The notes under the pieces were generated by a model. It ran no database searches. It was not told where the DNA came from and saw only the letters and a program-made list of their open reading frames with translations. From assembly GCA_951406725.2 (NCBI GenBank), contig OX597823.1:34100001-34164000 (forward strand): a DNA stretch of 64,000 nt, read 5' to 3'. The translations under genes and the position numbers were made by a program. Positions 38,147 to 51,704 of this stretch are shown here, piece by piece. The stretch comes from Octopus vulgaris (Eukaryota). The stretch's first letter is position 1. Each line of letters starts with the position of its first letter.

Positions 38147-38177
<31 letters not shown>

Positions 38178-38179
38178 GT

Positions 38180-38625
38180 CATCATCATTGTTTAACGTCC
38201 GTTTTCCATGCTGGCATAGGTTGGGTCTAGGAAACCAGGAGGCTGCACCAGGCACCAGTCTGATCTGGCAATGTTTCTACAGCTGGATGCTCTTCCTAAT
38301 GCCAACCACTCCGAGAGTGTAGTAGGTACTTTTTACGTGCCACCAGCACAGGGGCCAGAGGAGCTGGAATCAACCACGATCGGATGGTGCTTTTTACATG
38401 CCACCAGCATGGAAGCCAGTCAAAGCAGCACTGGCATCGGCCACATTCGGATGGTGCTTTTTTTTTTTTTATGCTACTGGCATGGGGCTCACAACTACAA
38501 TTTCCATTTAATTTGATTTTGATATTGCTGTTGATGTTGATGTACTTGACTCAATAGGTCTCCTTAAACACGGCATGTCACCCTACAATCCAAAGTAATT
38601 TTGAGTGGGCTGGTTATGTGACACA
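38180..38625 (-). mobile_element. RTE 3' UTR copy (3 units)
   Basis: catcatcattgtttaacgtccgttttccatgctggc tail; ggtgctttttacatgccaccagcatg units. Confidence 0.85.
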
Positions 38626-38844
38626 GCTGTTTTATCCTGAATGTGCCTCTGGATCAAAGGGTCAGAAGCCCAGTGGGAATCATTGTCAGTGCACATCAAC
38701 AGAGGCAATAAAAACACTACATTACCAAGCCATATCCATTCAAGGTTTGTGGCTGGCTTTTATTTTTTGTTTTTTTTATGCTGTTCTTGGGTAATCATCA
38801 GATTTATGTATGTGTATGCTTGTGTGTGTGTGTTTGTGTGTGGT

Positions 38845-39139
38845 AAGGCACATGGCTTAGTGGTTAGGGTGTTGCAGTCACAGTAGCGAGGTCATTGTTT
38901 CGATTCCCAGGCCGGGCATTACATTGTGTTCTTGAGCTAAGCACTTCATTTTATGTTGCTCTGCAATCATTTCATCACCCGACAAGTGGCACCCATTGCA
39001 CCTGTACAGGTAATGTCAATCTGATGGAAGGAGTGAGCTAATGTCTACACAAACATTTAATCACTCTAAACAAATCATCTGTGTGGTTGTTTGGTAAGAA
39101 ATTGTCGAACCCTCATATGTCATCTAACAACAGGAGAGT

Positions 39140-39140
<1 letters not shown>
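38845..39140 (+). mobile_element. tRNA-derived SINE (family C-related)
   Basis: tggcttagtggttaggg A box, gtttcgattccc B box. Confidence 0.7.
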
Positions 39141-39205
<65 letters not shown>

Positions 39206-39579
39206 TACTCACACCTATGTGTGTGTGTGTGTGCAAAGATTTGGTATCTCTTTACATTTAAAAATGCTGGATGAAACTGAATCAACCTAGATAGGAAACA
39301 TGTACAATGATGCTATGATGGAACTTAAACCACTGATCATTAATTAGTTGTGAAACATAATTTGTGCAGACATGCATGTTACACACACATATGTATAAAT
39401 ATACACACATACATATAAATATACATATATACATATACATACATATATACATACATATATGTATATAGCTTAGATAACTTTGATATGTTTCGACCAAAGA
39501 CTGGTCCAGGCCATGCCTAATTTAATAGCACCACCTGATATATATATATATGTATGTATGTAAGTGTATGTATTGTAAT

Positions 39580-39830
39580 CACGTGACTGACCAGACTTTC
39601 TGATTTTGTTACACGCTGCTGGTCACAATGCATATCACTTTAGTCTTTGAATGATGCTACACCACTGCTGGTCAGTGCAGGTCAACAGCATCCCCTGACT
39701 GAATAATAAGGGCTGGAATGTGAAGTGAAATGTTTTGCTCAAGTACACAACGTGTCACCCAGTCTTGAAATCAAACCCACGACCAAGCAATCATGAATGC
39801 AACAGCCTAATCATTTGGCCATGTGCCTTC
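39580..39830 (-). mobile_element. tRNA-derived SINE
   Basis: reverse complement of gaaggcacatggccaaatgattagg..gggtttgatttc..cttgagcaaaacatt. Confidence 0.65.
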
Positions 39831-41862
39831 ACTGTGCCTTCACACACACACACACACGCACACATGCACGTGCACACACACACACACACACGCACACATG
39901 CACGTGCACACACACACACACTTTTCATCAACAAAAATAAATTTCAAACTCACAAACTGCTGAATCAACGTCACATGACTAATGGAATTAACAAATCCAT
40001 ATTCAAGCATAAATGTTGCAGACTTCCCCTGAATTTTGCAGTGTCTTTTGTATATAAATCTCCCAATCATGTTAAAAACTATAGATTTTGACAAGATTCA
40101 GTTAGTCATAAAAATATAACTATTGAAAGAATTTAATAATTGTTGGTGTCTATTGTGAATGAGGTTTTTACCTGTTGTGTTGACTTTTAGCTGTTGTCAT
40201 GTTACTTTCACCTGCCAAGTTAGATTGAATGCAGTTAAGTTGGTTACACATTAGAGTTTTCACATATATTTACATGACAGTGTTTCATGGGCATTGATTC
40301 CCTAATTAAATCATTAATAAATAATATCACTGAATTCTAATTTGTTGCTTAATTCATCAACAAGTATTAAGAGAAAAAGAAATCAAAGTCAAGAATTCAG
40401 ACAAATTTGCTTGATAAGATGCAAAAATAAACATAGATGGCAAAAACAGGAAGCCTTTTGGCAGGAACTTGTTTCTAAAATTAAATTAAGCTTAGTTTCT
40501 TGTATAAAAGGATGCTTAGTTTTTAGCTCAATTTGAACTATCAATTTCTGTGGCTTGGAATTTGATAGCAGCTGTGATATTTGCAATGCAGGACTTTAAG
40601 TTTAGCTTTTATTTCATGTACCAAATATTCACATTGGTTGAACGACAAGGAGTTGTTGTAACCCTTTGAATTTCCTTATTTGCTGGCATCTAAGACACAC
40701 ACTTACAAAAGACACTATTTCAAATATTTACAAAGCTGTTTTGTGGGAAAACATTTTTTAGTATCTTTCACAAAATATTTATTAAAAAGAAATATTAAAG
40801 TGTTTTTTTAAAGAAAAATATCTGATTCTGTGCATATAAAAACTGGAATAAAGTATGAAATCATACAAAGTAAGTTTGACTAACATTTAAAGGAAACTAA
40901 ATTAAATTTTCCATTGCAAAAAAGAAACAGATTGGTATCAATGAAACCCAGTATATGCAAACAAAACTAAACATGTTTGTAAAAATTGAAACAAAACAAA
41001 ACAGCTGAGTACAAATAAGTGGAAAGAACAGCCATTGCAAATGGCTGACATGAAAGTCTGTTAACATTCTATTCATCTTTCTCAGAGAATTTTTCGTTTA
41101 AATAATAAGCAAACATTTCTTAAAGGTAACAACACAATTATTAAATAAAGTAAGACATTTATTAAGTTTAGTTTATGTATGTTGAGGAAAGATGGCACAA
41201 AGGTACAATGTGACTGCCCAACATAACTGCCAATATACCATAAACAATATTTGCAAATTTGTACTAACAGACTTTTGATAATTTGGCTTATTTCAAATAA
41301 TTCTTTTTATTGACAACAACTATGGTGCGTAGGGAACTTATTCTCCTCTGGCTCCCCAAGCCAATAATTCTCAGTCTCCCATCTGCAATATGGCTGCATT
41401 TGATACAAAGCAATTTTTTGATACATTTAAAATTAAAAATAACAGGTCTTATATGCACGCAAATACAGCCCCTATCAGAACTTGGTAAAAGAACTCTAGT
41501 TGATAATTGTCAAAACATGTATAGTCCAGCGATAACGAATGAAAAACAGACATGATATCATTTTTATGAATCTCATCTATGATTAAAGAAGAATAGCTAT
41601 TGTGTGAGATAAGAGTTGGAAGGCTTATGAAGCCATGACAGGGGTTTGTTATTTATTGTCGCAAAATGAAAAGAATGAATAAGAGAATAGATAAAAAAAT
41701 ACTTGGGAAAATATTGAAAATAGCATGTAGCTGTGTTTCAATAACATATGTTTATAAGAAAAGTTGCTCCCATATACAAACACACACACACACGGTGTGT
41801 GTGTAATTTACCACTTTTTGGTGAATTAGTAGAATGCGTGTGTGTGTGTCCATATATATACC

Positions 41863-42330
41863 ATCATCATCATCGTTGTCATCATTTAATGTCTGCTTTC
41901 CATGCTGGCATGAGTTGGATAGTTTGACTGAGGACTGGCAATCCAGAAGGCTGCACTAGGCTCCAATCTGATCTGGCACGGTTTCTACAGCTGGATGCCC
42001 TTCCTAGCGCCAACCACCTCGAGAGTGTAGTGGGTGCATTTTACATGCCACTGGCCACAAGGGCCAGTCAGGTGGTACAGGCATCGACCATGCTTCAGTG
42101 CTGCTTTTTACGTGCCACTAGCATGGGAGCCAGTTAGGTGGTACTGGCAATGACCATACTTGAATGGCGCTTTTTATATGCCAGTAGCATGGGACCAGTC
42201 AGTTGGCACTGGCATCGACCAAGCTCGAATGGTGCTTTTTACATGTTGCCGGCATGGGTGCCAGTCAGGCAGTACTGGCATTGGCCACAACAATGACTCA
42301 CTTGACTCAACAGGTCTTCACTGTTTCTTC
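41863..42330 (-). mobile_element. RTE 3' UTR copy (4 units)
   Basis: (CAT)n tail, gtttctacagctggatgcccttccta, repeated gctttttacgtgccac. Confidence 0.85.
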
Positions 42331-42390
<60 letters not shown>

Positions 42391-42420
42391 GAAATATTAA
42401 AATTACTAAGTCTCTATATA

Positions 42421-42874
42421 TATATGAAGTCATAAATGACAGCAAAATAAATAGTTCGATGAAATTTTATTTAACAATGAGAAAATTCTAATATCACGAT
42501 AAATTGTTTTGTAACTTAAAAACATGTAAATAATTTATATTATTATATCTAATAATAAATGAATTACATACATGCCTGTATTAATGCAAAATGCAAAAAG
42601 TTCATTCAAAATAATGCTGAAATTGAGCTACATTATGCTGACAGGTGAAAGAAAGTCTGTTGAATTTAACAAAGACTTTTTGCATTATTTTGAAGGATTT
42701 TTTGCATTTTGCATTAATGCAGATATGTAAGTAATTCGTTTATTATTAAGTATAATAATATAAATTATTCACATGTTTTTAAGTTACAAAACAATTTGCT
42801 GTGATATTAGAATTTTCTTATTGTCAAATAAAATTTCATTATACTATTTCTCTCATTATTTATAACTTTATACA
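42421..42874. mobile_element. AT-rich foldback element/MITE, ~195-bp inverted arms
   Basis: 42421-42617 is the imperfect reverse complement of 42682-42874. Confidence 0.85.
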
Positions 42875-43041
42875 GTCCTTATCATGTTCTCTTGTATCGC
42901 ACTATACACTGAATATGCTTTGTAGAATAATACATTAAGGAGCTGTTTTTATGAGTACTGCTGGATTACTTGAACCCATATATTTTGGCTTAAATTTACA
43001 TACACACACACATACATACATACATACATACATACATACAT

Positions 43042-43086
<45 letters not shown>

Positions 43087-43769
43087 TCTGTATATCATCT
43101 TCACCATCAGTTAGCATTCACTTTTCAATGCTCACATGACTCAGATGATATTTGTAAAACCAGGTTCTCTGCAGCAGGCTGCTCTTCCTATTTCCAACCC
43201 TCACTTGTTTCCAAAGTCATATTTCCACATCGATGGACATATTTTCATGGAAGACTAGAATCAACCAATAGTGTTTATGTGACGGTGACCCACATTAACA
43301 AATCACCACATGACATCAAGACAATGGCATGCACACACACACACACATGTTTGCGATGATGATGACCTGAAAAATTCGGTTAATTCACCAAACAGTGACA
43401 TATATATTTGCCCCTATCCACAGATAGATATGTATGCATGCACAGTTAAATACTAAGCAGTAATATTACAGACATATGTACGTGTTGATGCTTTACATTG
43501 TTCAAGTCTCAGTGGTTCTGGCCATGCTACAGTTTGCACCTTATTCTTCAATATTTATATATTCATTTATAGATGGTGTGTTTATTGAGTTTATCTTTGT
43601 CATTTGAGATAAACTATTTCATCTTCTTTGTTCTTCTCTTAGAATTGTTTTTCTTATTTATCAGTATGTTGTCCAGTGATGTAGAGCAACACATGAGCAC
43701 CCATCTAGCTAGCTCACACAGGATTTGTTTTGCTTTTAGCATTTATTTTTTATCTTTTGTGTGTTTCAC

Positions 43770-44230
43770 TTGTTAGACTGTGGCCATGCTGAAGCACTGC
43801 CTTGAGGGACTTGGTTGAACAAATCAAACTCAGTACTAACTCTTCGAAGTTTGGTACTTATCCTATTGGCCCTTTTGCCAAGCCACAAAGCTACAGAGAC
43901 ATAAACAAACAAACACTAGTTGTTGAGCAGAGTGGGGACAAATATAGACACAAATACACACACATACAATAGGGTTCCACACAGTTTTTACCTACCAAAT
44001 CCACTGCACAGGAGCCAGTCCAGCAGCACTGGCAATGATCTCGCTCGAATGTTTTTTCATGTGCCACTGGCAAAAGTGCCAGTAAGGCGATGCTGGTAAC
44101 GATCATGCTCGAATAGTGCTTCTTACATGCCACCAGCACGGAAGCCAGTTAGCCACTCTGGCATCGATCACGCTCGGATGGTGATCCACTAGCACGGATG
44201 CCAGTCATCAAATTTGATTTCAATTTTACT
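43770..44230 (-). mobile_element. SINE family A 3' part joined to an RTE 3' UTR unit array
   Basis: gactgtggccatgctg..ctaccaaatccact, then atgtgccactggca / cttacatgccaccagcacg units. Confidence 0.7.
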
Positions 44231-44354
44231 TAATGATTGCCATATCTGTTTACACAGAACTTTACATGTATATGCAGACGTGTATGTTTTTGTAAGTGAT
44301 TAATCACTTAACAAATTAGTCCAAAGATATTTGTATATTAATATTAGAAGATTT

Positions 44355-44570
44355 AGGCAGCAAGCTGGCAGATTTGTTTCTGCATTGGGAAAAATGCTTA
44401 GTGGTATTTCATCTGTCTTCGTGTTCTGGGTTCAGATTCTACCAAGGCCAACTTTTCTTTTTGTTCTTTGATAAAATGCATACCAGTTGAACATTGGGGT
44501 TCATTTAATTGACTTAGCTCCTCCCCCAACATTGCTGGCTTTGTGCCAAATTTTGAAACCAATATTAGAA
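44355..44570 (+). mobile_element. SINE family B
   Basis: ggcagcaagctggcaga..aaaatgcttagtggtatttc. Confidence 0.75.
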
Positions 44571-44631
44571 GAAATGAGCGACTGTTTTTACGGTTTGTGT
44601 CAGGTTTACAATAAACGTATACATTGTCATG

Positions 44632-44669
<38 letters not shown>

Positions 44670-44777
44670 CATGCATGCAGACATGTAAATTTATTGAATA
44701 TTATAAATGTCAACACATGGAAGACAAAGTTTGATGAATGAAGTATTAGCTTAAAGCTTTAATGGAATGAGAACATG

Positions 44778-44812
44778 TCTTAACATTTCAGACATAGTCC
44801 TTCATCAGAAGA
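44778..44812 (-). ncRNA. Minimal type-I hammerhead-like motif
   Basis: minus strand TCTT-CTGATGA-AGGAC-TAT-GTCT-GAAATGTT-AAGA. Confidence 0.55.
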
Positions 44813-45097
44813 AAAAAAAGGGAGAAGTGTAAAAACGGAGGGAGGAAGAGAAATAGTTAATGAGGAAAAAAAATTGGTGAAAGGTTAGAAACCAAGTGGG
44901 ACTGCTATTCTATGTGGTAGGGAGTTAAGAAAGGAAGAAGCAGAATGAATGTACAAGTAAACACACATACACACATATTTGTAAAATATACAGTTATACA
45001 AAACAACACGGACCGTAATGGAAATATATTAAAAAATCCTTTTAATGTAGGGTCCATCTAACACTCAACCTTAGACAAAACATACAGAATCATTTAA

Positions 45098-45283
45098 CCT
45101 TTTTGATACCAACCCATCTGAGGCCATCCTCCTGGTACTATGATACAAGCTTCCTGTTTTAAAGAAATCTAAATTAAAATCCTCCATCAAAATGGCTGAG
45201 TTATTTTACCGAATTCTTCATTATTTTCAAAATTAGTTGAAACAAAGAAAATGTTTTGTGTCAGAAATATGACAATGAAAGGG
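45098..45283. mobile_element. piggyBac-like MITE
   Basis: TTAA-CCTTT..AAAGGG-TTAA; related copy at ~48990-49198. Confidence 0.65.
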
Positions 45284-46765
45284 TTAATTTCTCCCTAAAG
45301 CCTTTAGATATATACTGAATCCATTACTTAACATAAAAGACCTTTGGTTGAAATACAACAATGGTTAGATAAGTAACTAATTAAAAAAGGAATCTTGTCC
45401 TGGCCCTTCCACAGTCTTTGGAATTAAGGATTTGAAATGGTTTATCTCAGCTGAAGATTAAAATATATCTTCCTGATACAAATGTCTGCAGAACCTTTCT
45501 CCATATGAACAAGTATTAGATAGTTTAGAATAGAAAACATAAACTTTGCATATAGTTCATAATTTATCTTAACAGCTGTTTCATTGGCAATGATCACTAA
45601 ATCCACAAGTCTTTTTTATTCTCTCTCTGTTTATTTCATCATGTTCCTTTCTGTTGAAGAGTATAGACTCAAAACATAAAAGACTTTCTCCCATTCCTAA
45701 GCATCAAACTAATATAACTACTTGTTGTTTATACACCTGTCTTCGTCTTTTGTTTTTCTGTAAATTTCAGTTATTATATAATTAATTAGTTAAGGCTCAT
45801 AATTAATCAACTCAAATTAATTTTATAAAAGGTTTTTATAAAAGTAGTTTTTAAACATCTAATAGCTAAGGAGGGTCCACCAGAATGAAATAATGATCAA
45901 AAGGGTCCATAAATAAAAAAAAACGGTTAAGAACCCTGATATAAACAATCAAATAAAGAACCACTATATGATCACTGAACTTGCTAGAAACGGCAACCAA
46001 ATATATTTTAAATCAAACCCTTCTGTCTAAAGAAATGCATTCCAGCCATGACTATCCCAACTTTTGGGGGGAGTATCAACGACTACATTATCTAATGTCT
46101 TTTTCTTTTTAAAAACAATAGTATGACATTAGAGGGAAATTTGGCTACTATTTCTAGCCTTACAAGTAACTGTATACAGGTTTCAGTTTTTTGCTCATTC
46201 TTCATTAGTTATCATAGACAATTGCCATAGTAACCGCTACAAAACATCAGTCAACCAAACACAAGTCTTTTTAAATGGTTGACTCAGTAAAAGAGAAATT
46301 TCTGCAATGACCCAGACACAGGCATTTGAAGAGATCCTCTTCCAAAATAACTTAATGACCAGGAAATACAATTAATACCGACTAGCAACATCTGTGTACA
46401 CAGGAATGGTTTTATTCCTGCAACAAATATTCACAAAAGACAGCATGAAATGGCACAATGTTGGCAACTGTTACAATAGATGGAATTTATAATTTCTCTT
46501 TCCATTCTTTGGTTAATACTTTCTATGAAAAAGCTACTGAATTATTGATTCTTTGGTATGTACACGTAATGTATGTGTGTGTGTGTGTGTGTGATCGCCC
46601 ACATATAAATGCACATAAAATATATAAAATAAACATAAATGCATAATGCATTCCACTCATAGTAAATTTTTTGTCCCCATAACTTAGCGGTTCAGCAAAA
46701 GAGACTGATAGAATAAGTACCAGACTACAGAAAATAGTTACTGGGGTCAATCTGTTTCACTAAAA

Positions 46766-46816
46766 CACCTTAAAGGCTGTTTCTGGGATATTATGGATAT
46801 CCCTTCATCAGAGATG
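46766..46816 (-). ncRNA. Hammerhead-like motif with decayed stem III (same family as 36153-36204)
   Basis: minus strand CATCT-CTGATGA-A-GGGATAT..ATATCCC-A-GAAACAGCCTTTA-AGGTG. Confidence 0.5.
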
Positions 46817-46899
46817 GTGGGAGAAAATATTTGAGTTTGAATTATTATGGAAAAGGAGGAGATAGGGAATATAAAGGGAAATAAGAGAATGAAAGTAGA

Positions 46900-47622
46900 A
46901 GGCAATGGCTAGTGACTGAGACCTTTGAAAATATACTGTGCTTGAGAAGACCCAGCAAGCCAAATGAGACCATAACCTCATGGCCTATGAAGGGGCATAA
47001 CCAGCCCACTTATGCGTACCTTTCCTTCTTTGGGTACTAAATTCTGCTTGCGAAGACCTGTTGAGGCAAGTGAAATCGAAATCAAATTCGATGACTGGCA
47101 TTTGTGCTATTGGGGCACTAAGAGTACCATCCGAGCGCGATTGTTGACAGAGCTGCTAACTGTCTTCCGTACCAGTGGCATGTAAAAGGCACCATTCGAG
47201 CGTGATCGTTACCAGCATCGCCATACTGGCACTTGTGCCCCATGCTAGTGGGGCACTAAGAGCACCATCTGAGCGTGATCATTGCCAGAGCGGCTAGCTG
47301 GCTTCTGTGCCAGTGGCATGTAAAAGGCACCATTCAAGCGTGATCAATACCAGCATCACCATACTGGCACTTGTGCCGGTGGCACATAAAAAAACATTCA
47401 AGTGAGGTCGATGTCAGTACCGTCTGACTGGCCCTCGTGCCTGTGGCACGTAAAAGCACCCACTACACTCTCAGAGTGGTTGGTGTTAGGAAGGGCATCC
47501 ATCTGTAGAAACTCTGCCAGATCAAGATTGGAGCCTGGTGCAGCCATCTGGTTTGCCAGTCCTCAGTCAAATCGTCCAACCCATGCTAGCATGGAAAGCA
47601 GATGTTAAACGATGATGATGAT
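46900..47622 (+). mobile_element. RTE 3' end (last codons plus 3' UTR with 6 units and (GAT)n tail)
   Basis: homologous to 63390-63966. Confidence 0.9.
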
Positions 47623-47656
47623 CATCATGATATGTGTGTGTGTACATATATACATG

Positions 47657-47691
<35 letters not shown>

Positions 47692-48431
47692 GTATATATA
47701 TATATATATGTATGTATGTATACACACACACACATATATAGAAAATAGAAATCATATTTATTAAAGCTAAAACATGAAATTTCATGACTTTGAGTTTCAT
47801 CTCTGATCTTCAAAGAAAACTGGAGGAATTAAATAGGGAACCATTAATAGGAATAATCAGATAATGAAATCAGAATGGAAGCTTTTGATTGGATGCCTGT
47901 GTCAAAACAGAATCAAATTAATAAAAAACACATAATTGAATGAATATAACAGGATAAAATTAACAAACTAAAAATAATATTAACAATGGAATGCAATAAT
48001 ATTAATTGCAGATTTTTAGTTGTAAATCCATTCACAAAATGCCTAACTTACTCAGATACTACAAAATATCATAATATGAAAAAGGAAGAAAGAAAATGAA
48101 TATTGGATGCACAATGGGAATAAAATGTCATTAATCTTCTAAATGTACTCATCAGTCTCTCTCCATTCACAAAGTCCCGTATTATAAACAGTCTGTAATG
48201 TAATAAACAACCTGCAATACAATAAGGATGAGAAAGATGAGTGAAGAGAAAGAATGTCAAAGCCAAACATGTAAACAGTAAAAATGTGTGAGAATAAGAA
48301 ACTTCTCTTTCAAAGTTCTCTGTCTTTTGAAAATTTGATAGCAGATATTTTACTTTATGCAAAATGCTACAAATAATATCATTTCTTATATTTAATTGTT
48401 CTTTTCTCTGTGATAATATTAAAACATTCTA

Positions 48432-48630
48432 AGGCAGTGTGCTGGCAGAAACGTTAGCATGGTGGGCAAAATGCTTAGCAGTATTTCATCTGTTTTTACG
48501 TTCTGAGTTTAAATTCTGCAGAGGTCAGCCTTGCCTTTCATCCTTTCGGGGTTGAGAAATTAAGTACCAGTTGCATACTGGGGTCGATCTAATCGACTGG
48601 CCCCCTCCCCCAAAATTTCAGGCCTTGTAT
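48432..48630 (+). mobile_element. SINE family B
   Basis: gctggcagaaacgttagc..catcctttcggggttga..aagtaccag. Confidence 0.85.
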
Positions 48631-49614
48631 TCAAACATTCTTGGATAAGTAAAGATGACAACACAGCTTACTTTTGTTATTACTATGCAAAAACAAAAAA
48701 TATATCAAACTCTGTGTGTGTGTGTGTGTGTGTGTAAATGTATGTGTATACACACACACATACACACATTATATACATACTTAGTTGAAGAAAACAAGTA
48801 GAAAACCTTTGTATTTGCTGTTATTCTTCAATATACATGTTGCTGTATATGGAAGCGAAGTGGAGTTTTACTCTGACTAAAGGCTGGACAATTATTGCTA
48901 AAAAGAAGAATAATTAACAAAATTCCAGAAATTATCTTGACAAATATTTGTATTTAAAAACTTAGAAGTGAACACAATAATTACATTTAACCCTTTTGAT
49001 ATCAACTTTGAGTTTGTATCAAAGAACCAGAGATGTCATTCTCTGATATGTTTCAAAGTGATCTAAATCCAAACCATTCTTCAAAACTCCACTTTTATAA
49101 AGACCATGTGATTTGACTAAATTCTTTATTATTTTCAAAATATATTACATCAAAAGCTATGTATTTCAACAGAAGCATGATAATGTACATTAGGATTAAC
49201 ATACATTAATTGTAATCATATACGTGTGACTGGCTGTTTTGAAAGAGGTGTGTTCAGCTGTGGAGCTTTGTATATGTTGAGATATATGAAGTGAGCTGCA
49301 GCTGCCAACTCATTAAACCTGTGGATCAAGAAAGTACAAATGAAACAAAACTTTCATTGATGAGAGTTAAACATGTGATTAATGCTTATATCTGCTCAAA
49401 ATGGGAAGAGAAGACAACGTCAAATCAAGAATGAGTTAACTTGTGTTGTTTTGCTTATTATTTCCCATGCAGATGACATCCCTGGGTGACTTGTTATTTT
49501 GTATCCTGATTGCCCTCAGTACACAATCATCTTTTTATCATGATACTTATTCTGTTTGTTTAACTTTTTCTTTCTGTTTCTTTTTGTTGCATATGCCTGT
49601 GTAGTATATATGTA

Positions 49615-49669
<55 letters not shown>

Positions 49670-49967
49670 ATAAAATCAAAATAAGCAACAGGATATCAAG
49701 AAGTGATGCAGTATGACTGTTTCAAGCGGCTCCATTTAATTGAACAATGAAATCATCATATCAATTTAAATGCAGGGCCATCTTCAGCTGCACAAATTAA
49801 TAAATAGAATTTTAAACAGTTGGACATATTAAAATAATTTTTCTTAAATATTTTAACAGAGCATGAAAATGGATGATATTCATGATGTCGCTATTGTAGC
49901 TAAGAATAGACTACACTTCCAAGAATCGCATCACTACCTGATATCCTGTTGCTTATTTTGATTTTAT
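49670..49967. mobile_element. MITE-like element with 40-bp inverted repeats
   Basis: ataaaatcaaaataagcaacaggatatcaagaagtgatgc / gcatcactacctgatatcctgttgcttattttgattttat. Confidence 0.75.
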
Positions 49968-50174
49968 TCACCTTACTTTGAACTGTGCGGATTATACCGG
50001 ACTGACTTGGTGCTTCAACTTAAGTACCTAATTCAACTGAATCTCAATTATTTCTATATATGTATATATGTACGTGTGTATTTTTTACCTAGATATATAC
50101 ATACACGCACACACGCACGCACACACGCACACACACACACACACACATACACACACACACGTATGCACACATCT

Positions 50175-50638
50175 TTTATCTTGTACTTGCTTCGGTCATG
50201 GGACTGCAGCCGAATCTGGGTCATCACCTTGAAGGGTTGACTCAAACAAATTGACCTCAGTTTTTTTATTTTTTAAAACCTGGTTCTTATGTTATTGCTA
50301 TCTTTTGCTGGACCAGTAACTTACAGGAATGTAAACAAACCAGCACCAGTTGACAGTTAGAGGGGGTAGGTGGAGAAACATGCACACACACACACAAACA
50401 TAGATATATACATATATATATATTCTTTTCTTTTTTTCTTTTATTTGTTTCCGTCATTTGACTGCAGCTATGCTGGAGTACCACATTTAGTCAAACAAAT
50501 CGACCCCAGGACTTATTCTTTGTAAGCCTAGTACTTATTCTATCGGTCTCTTTTGCCAAACCACTAAATTACGGGGACGTAAAGACACCAACATCGGTTG
50601 TCAAGCAATAGTAGGGGGACAAACACACACACACACAA

Positions 50639-50674
<36 letters not shown>

Positions 50675-50890
50675 GATTTTGATTGATTTTGATTTTTCCA
50701 GTTTCAGCTAATGAGCTGTGGCCATGCTGGGGCACCGCCATATATATATATATATATACACACACATGCTGGGCTTCTTTCAGTTTCCCTCTACCAAACC
50801 CATTCACAAGGCTTTGGTCGTCCTGAGGCTATAGTAGAAGCCGGTAACATGTGGTTGGTAACCAACTTCTTACCACACAACCATGCCTAT
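50175..50890 (-). mobile_element. Cluster of SINE family A pieces
   Basis: gtcatttgactgcagc, ctagtacttattctatcgg, gggcttctttcagtttc..ccacacaaccatgcc. Confidence 0.75.
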
Positions 50891-50942
<52 letters not shown>

Positions 50943-51035
50943 GAGTAAGTAGATAAAAGAAAGTAGGGCACTCAACATATTTATTGGGAGCTACATGTAT
51001 GGATCAAAACAATTTGATTTATAACTGTTTTGATC

Positions 51036-51066
<31 letters not shown>

Positions 51067-51509
51067 GTGATAGTATTATATATCTATCACGGCTGCTCTT
51101 ACCAACCGGTTTCATGCAAGGAATACAATGGAGTGTTAGGTAACAATCTGATTATATAGCTTTATGCTCATCAGAGTTAGCCAATTTGGAAAGTAATATG
51201 GCGACTGCTCTCTCAGATATAATACAGTAGATCTCAGATGGAGATGCTGAAAAGTTTGTCGCTTTAGGTAAAAAAAAAAAAATACAGGAGGATCAGTTAA
51301 TTATGATTTTATTCAATATGTTCCCCTCTCAGATTCACACACTTCGTTTTCCTAAAACCTGTAAAAGAACTTGGAAGATTGCATCTCCAGGTAGGTATTT
51401 CATGATACCCTGAAAACCAGGAATTTATCATCATCCCCTCATATATATAAATATATATAGATCGTTAGCCACTACACACATTTTTTTCTCTCCTTGTTTT
51501 TCTGTGTCC

Positions 51510-51545
51510 CTTTCTGTAGAAGAGCATAAGCTCGAAACGTAAAAG
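51510..51545 (+). ncRNA. Hammerhead-like motif with CUGUAGA variant core (second copy 45647-45682)
   Basis: CTTT-CTGTAGA-A-GAGC-ATAA-GCTC-GAAAC-GTA-AAAG inside a dispersed repeat shared with 45620-45770. Confidence 0.55.
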
Positions 51546-51635
51546 ACTTTTTCTATTCCTGAGCGTTATACTAATACATCTGTTTGTTTTGTACACCACC
51601 TGTCTTCGTCTTTTGTTTTTTTCATAAATTCTCCC

Positions 51636-51704
<69 letters not shown>

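Noticed and set aside
47100-47460. CRISPR-like repeat/spacer appearance of the GTGGCACGTAAAAAGCACC arrays
   Set aside because: The spacers are homologous to each other, the arrays sit in an RTE 3' UTR, the context is eukaryotic and there are no cas genes
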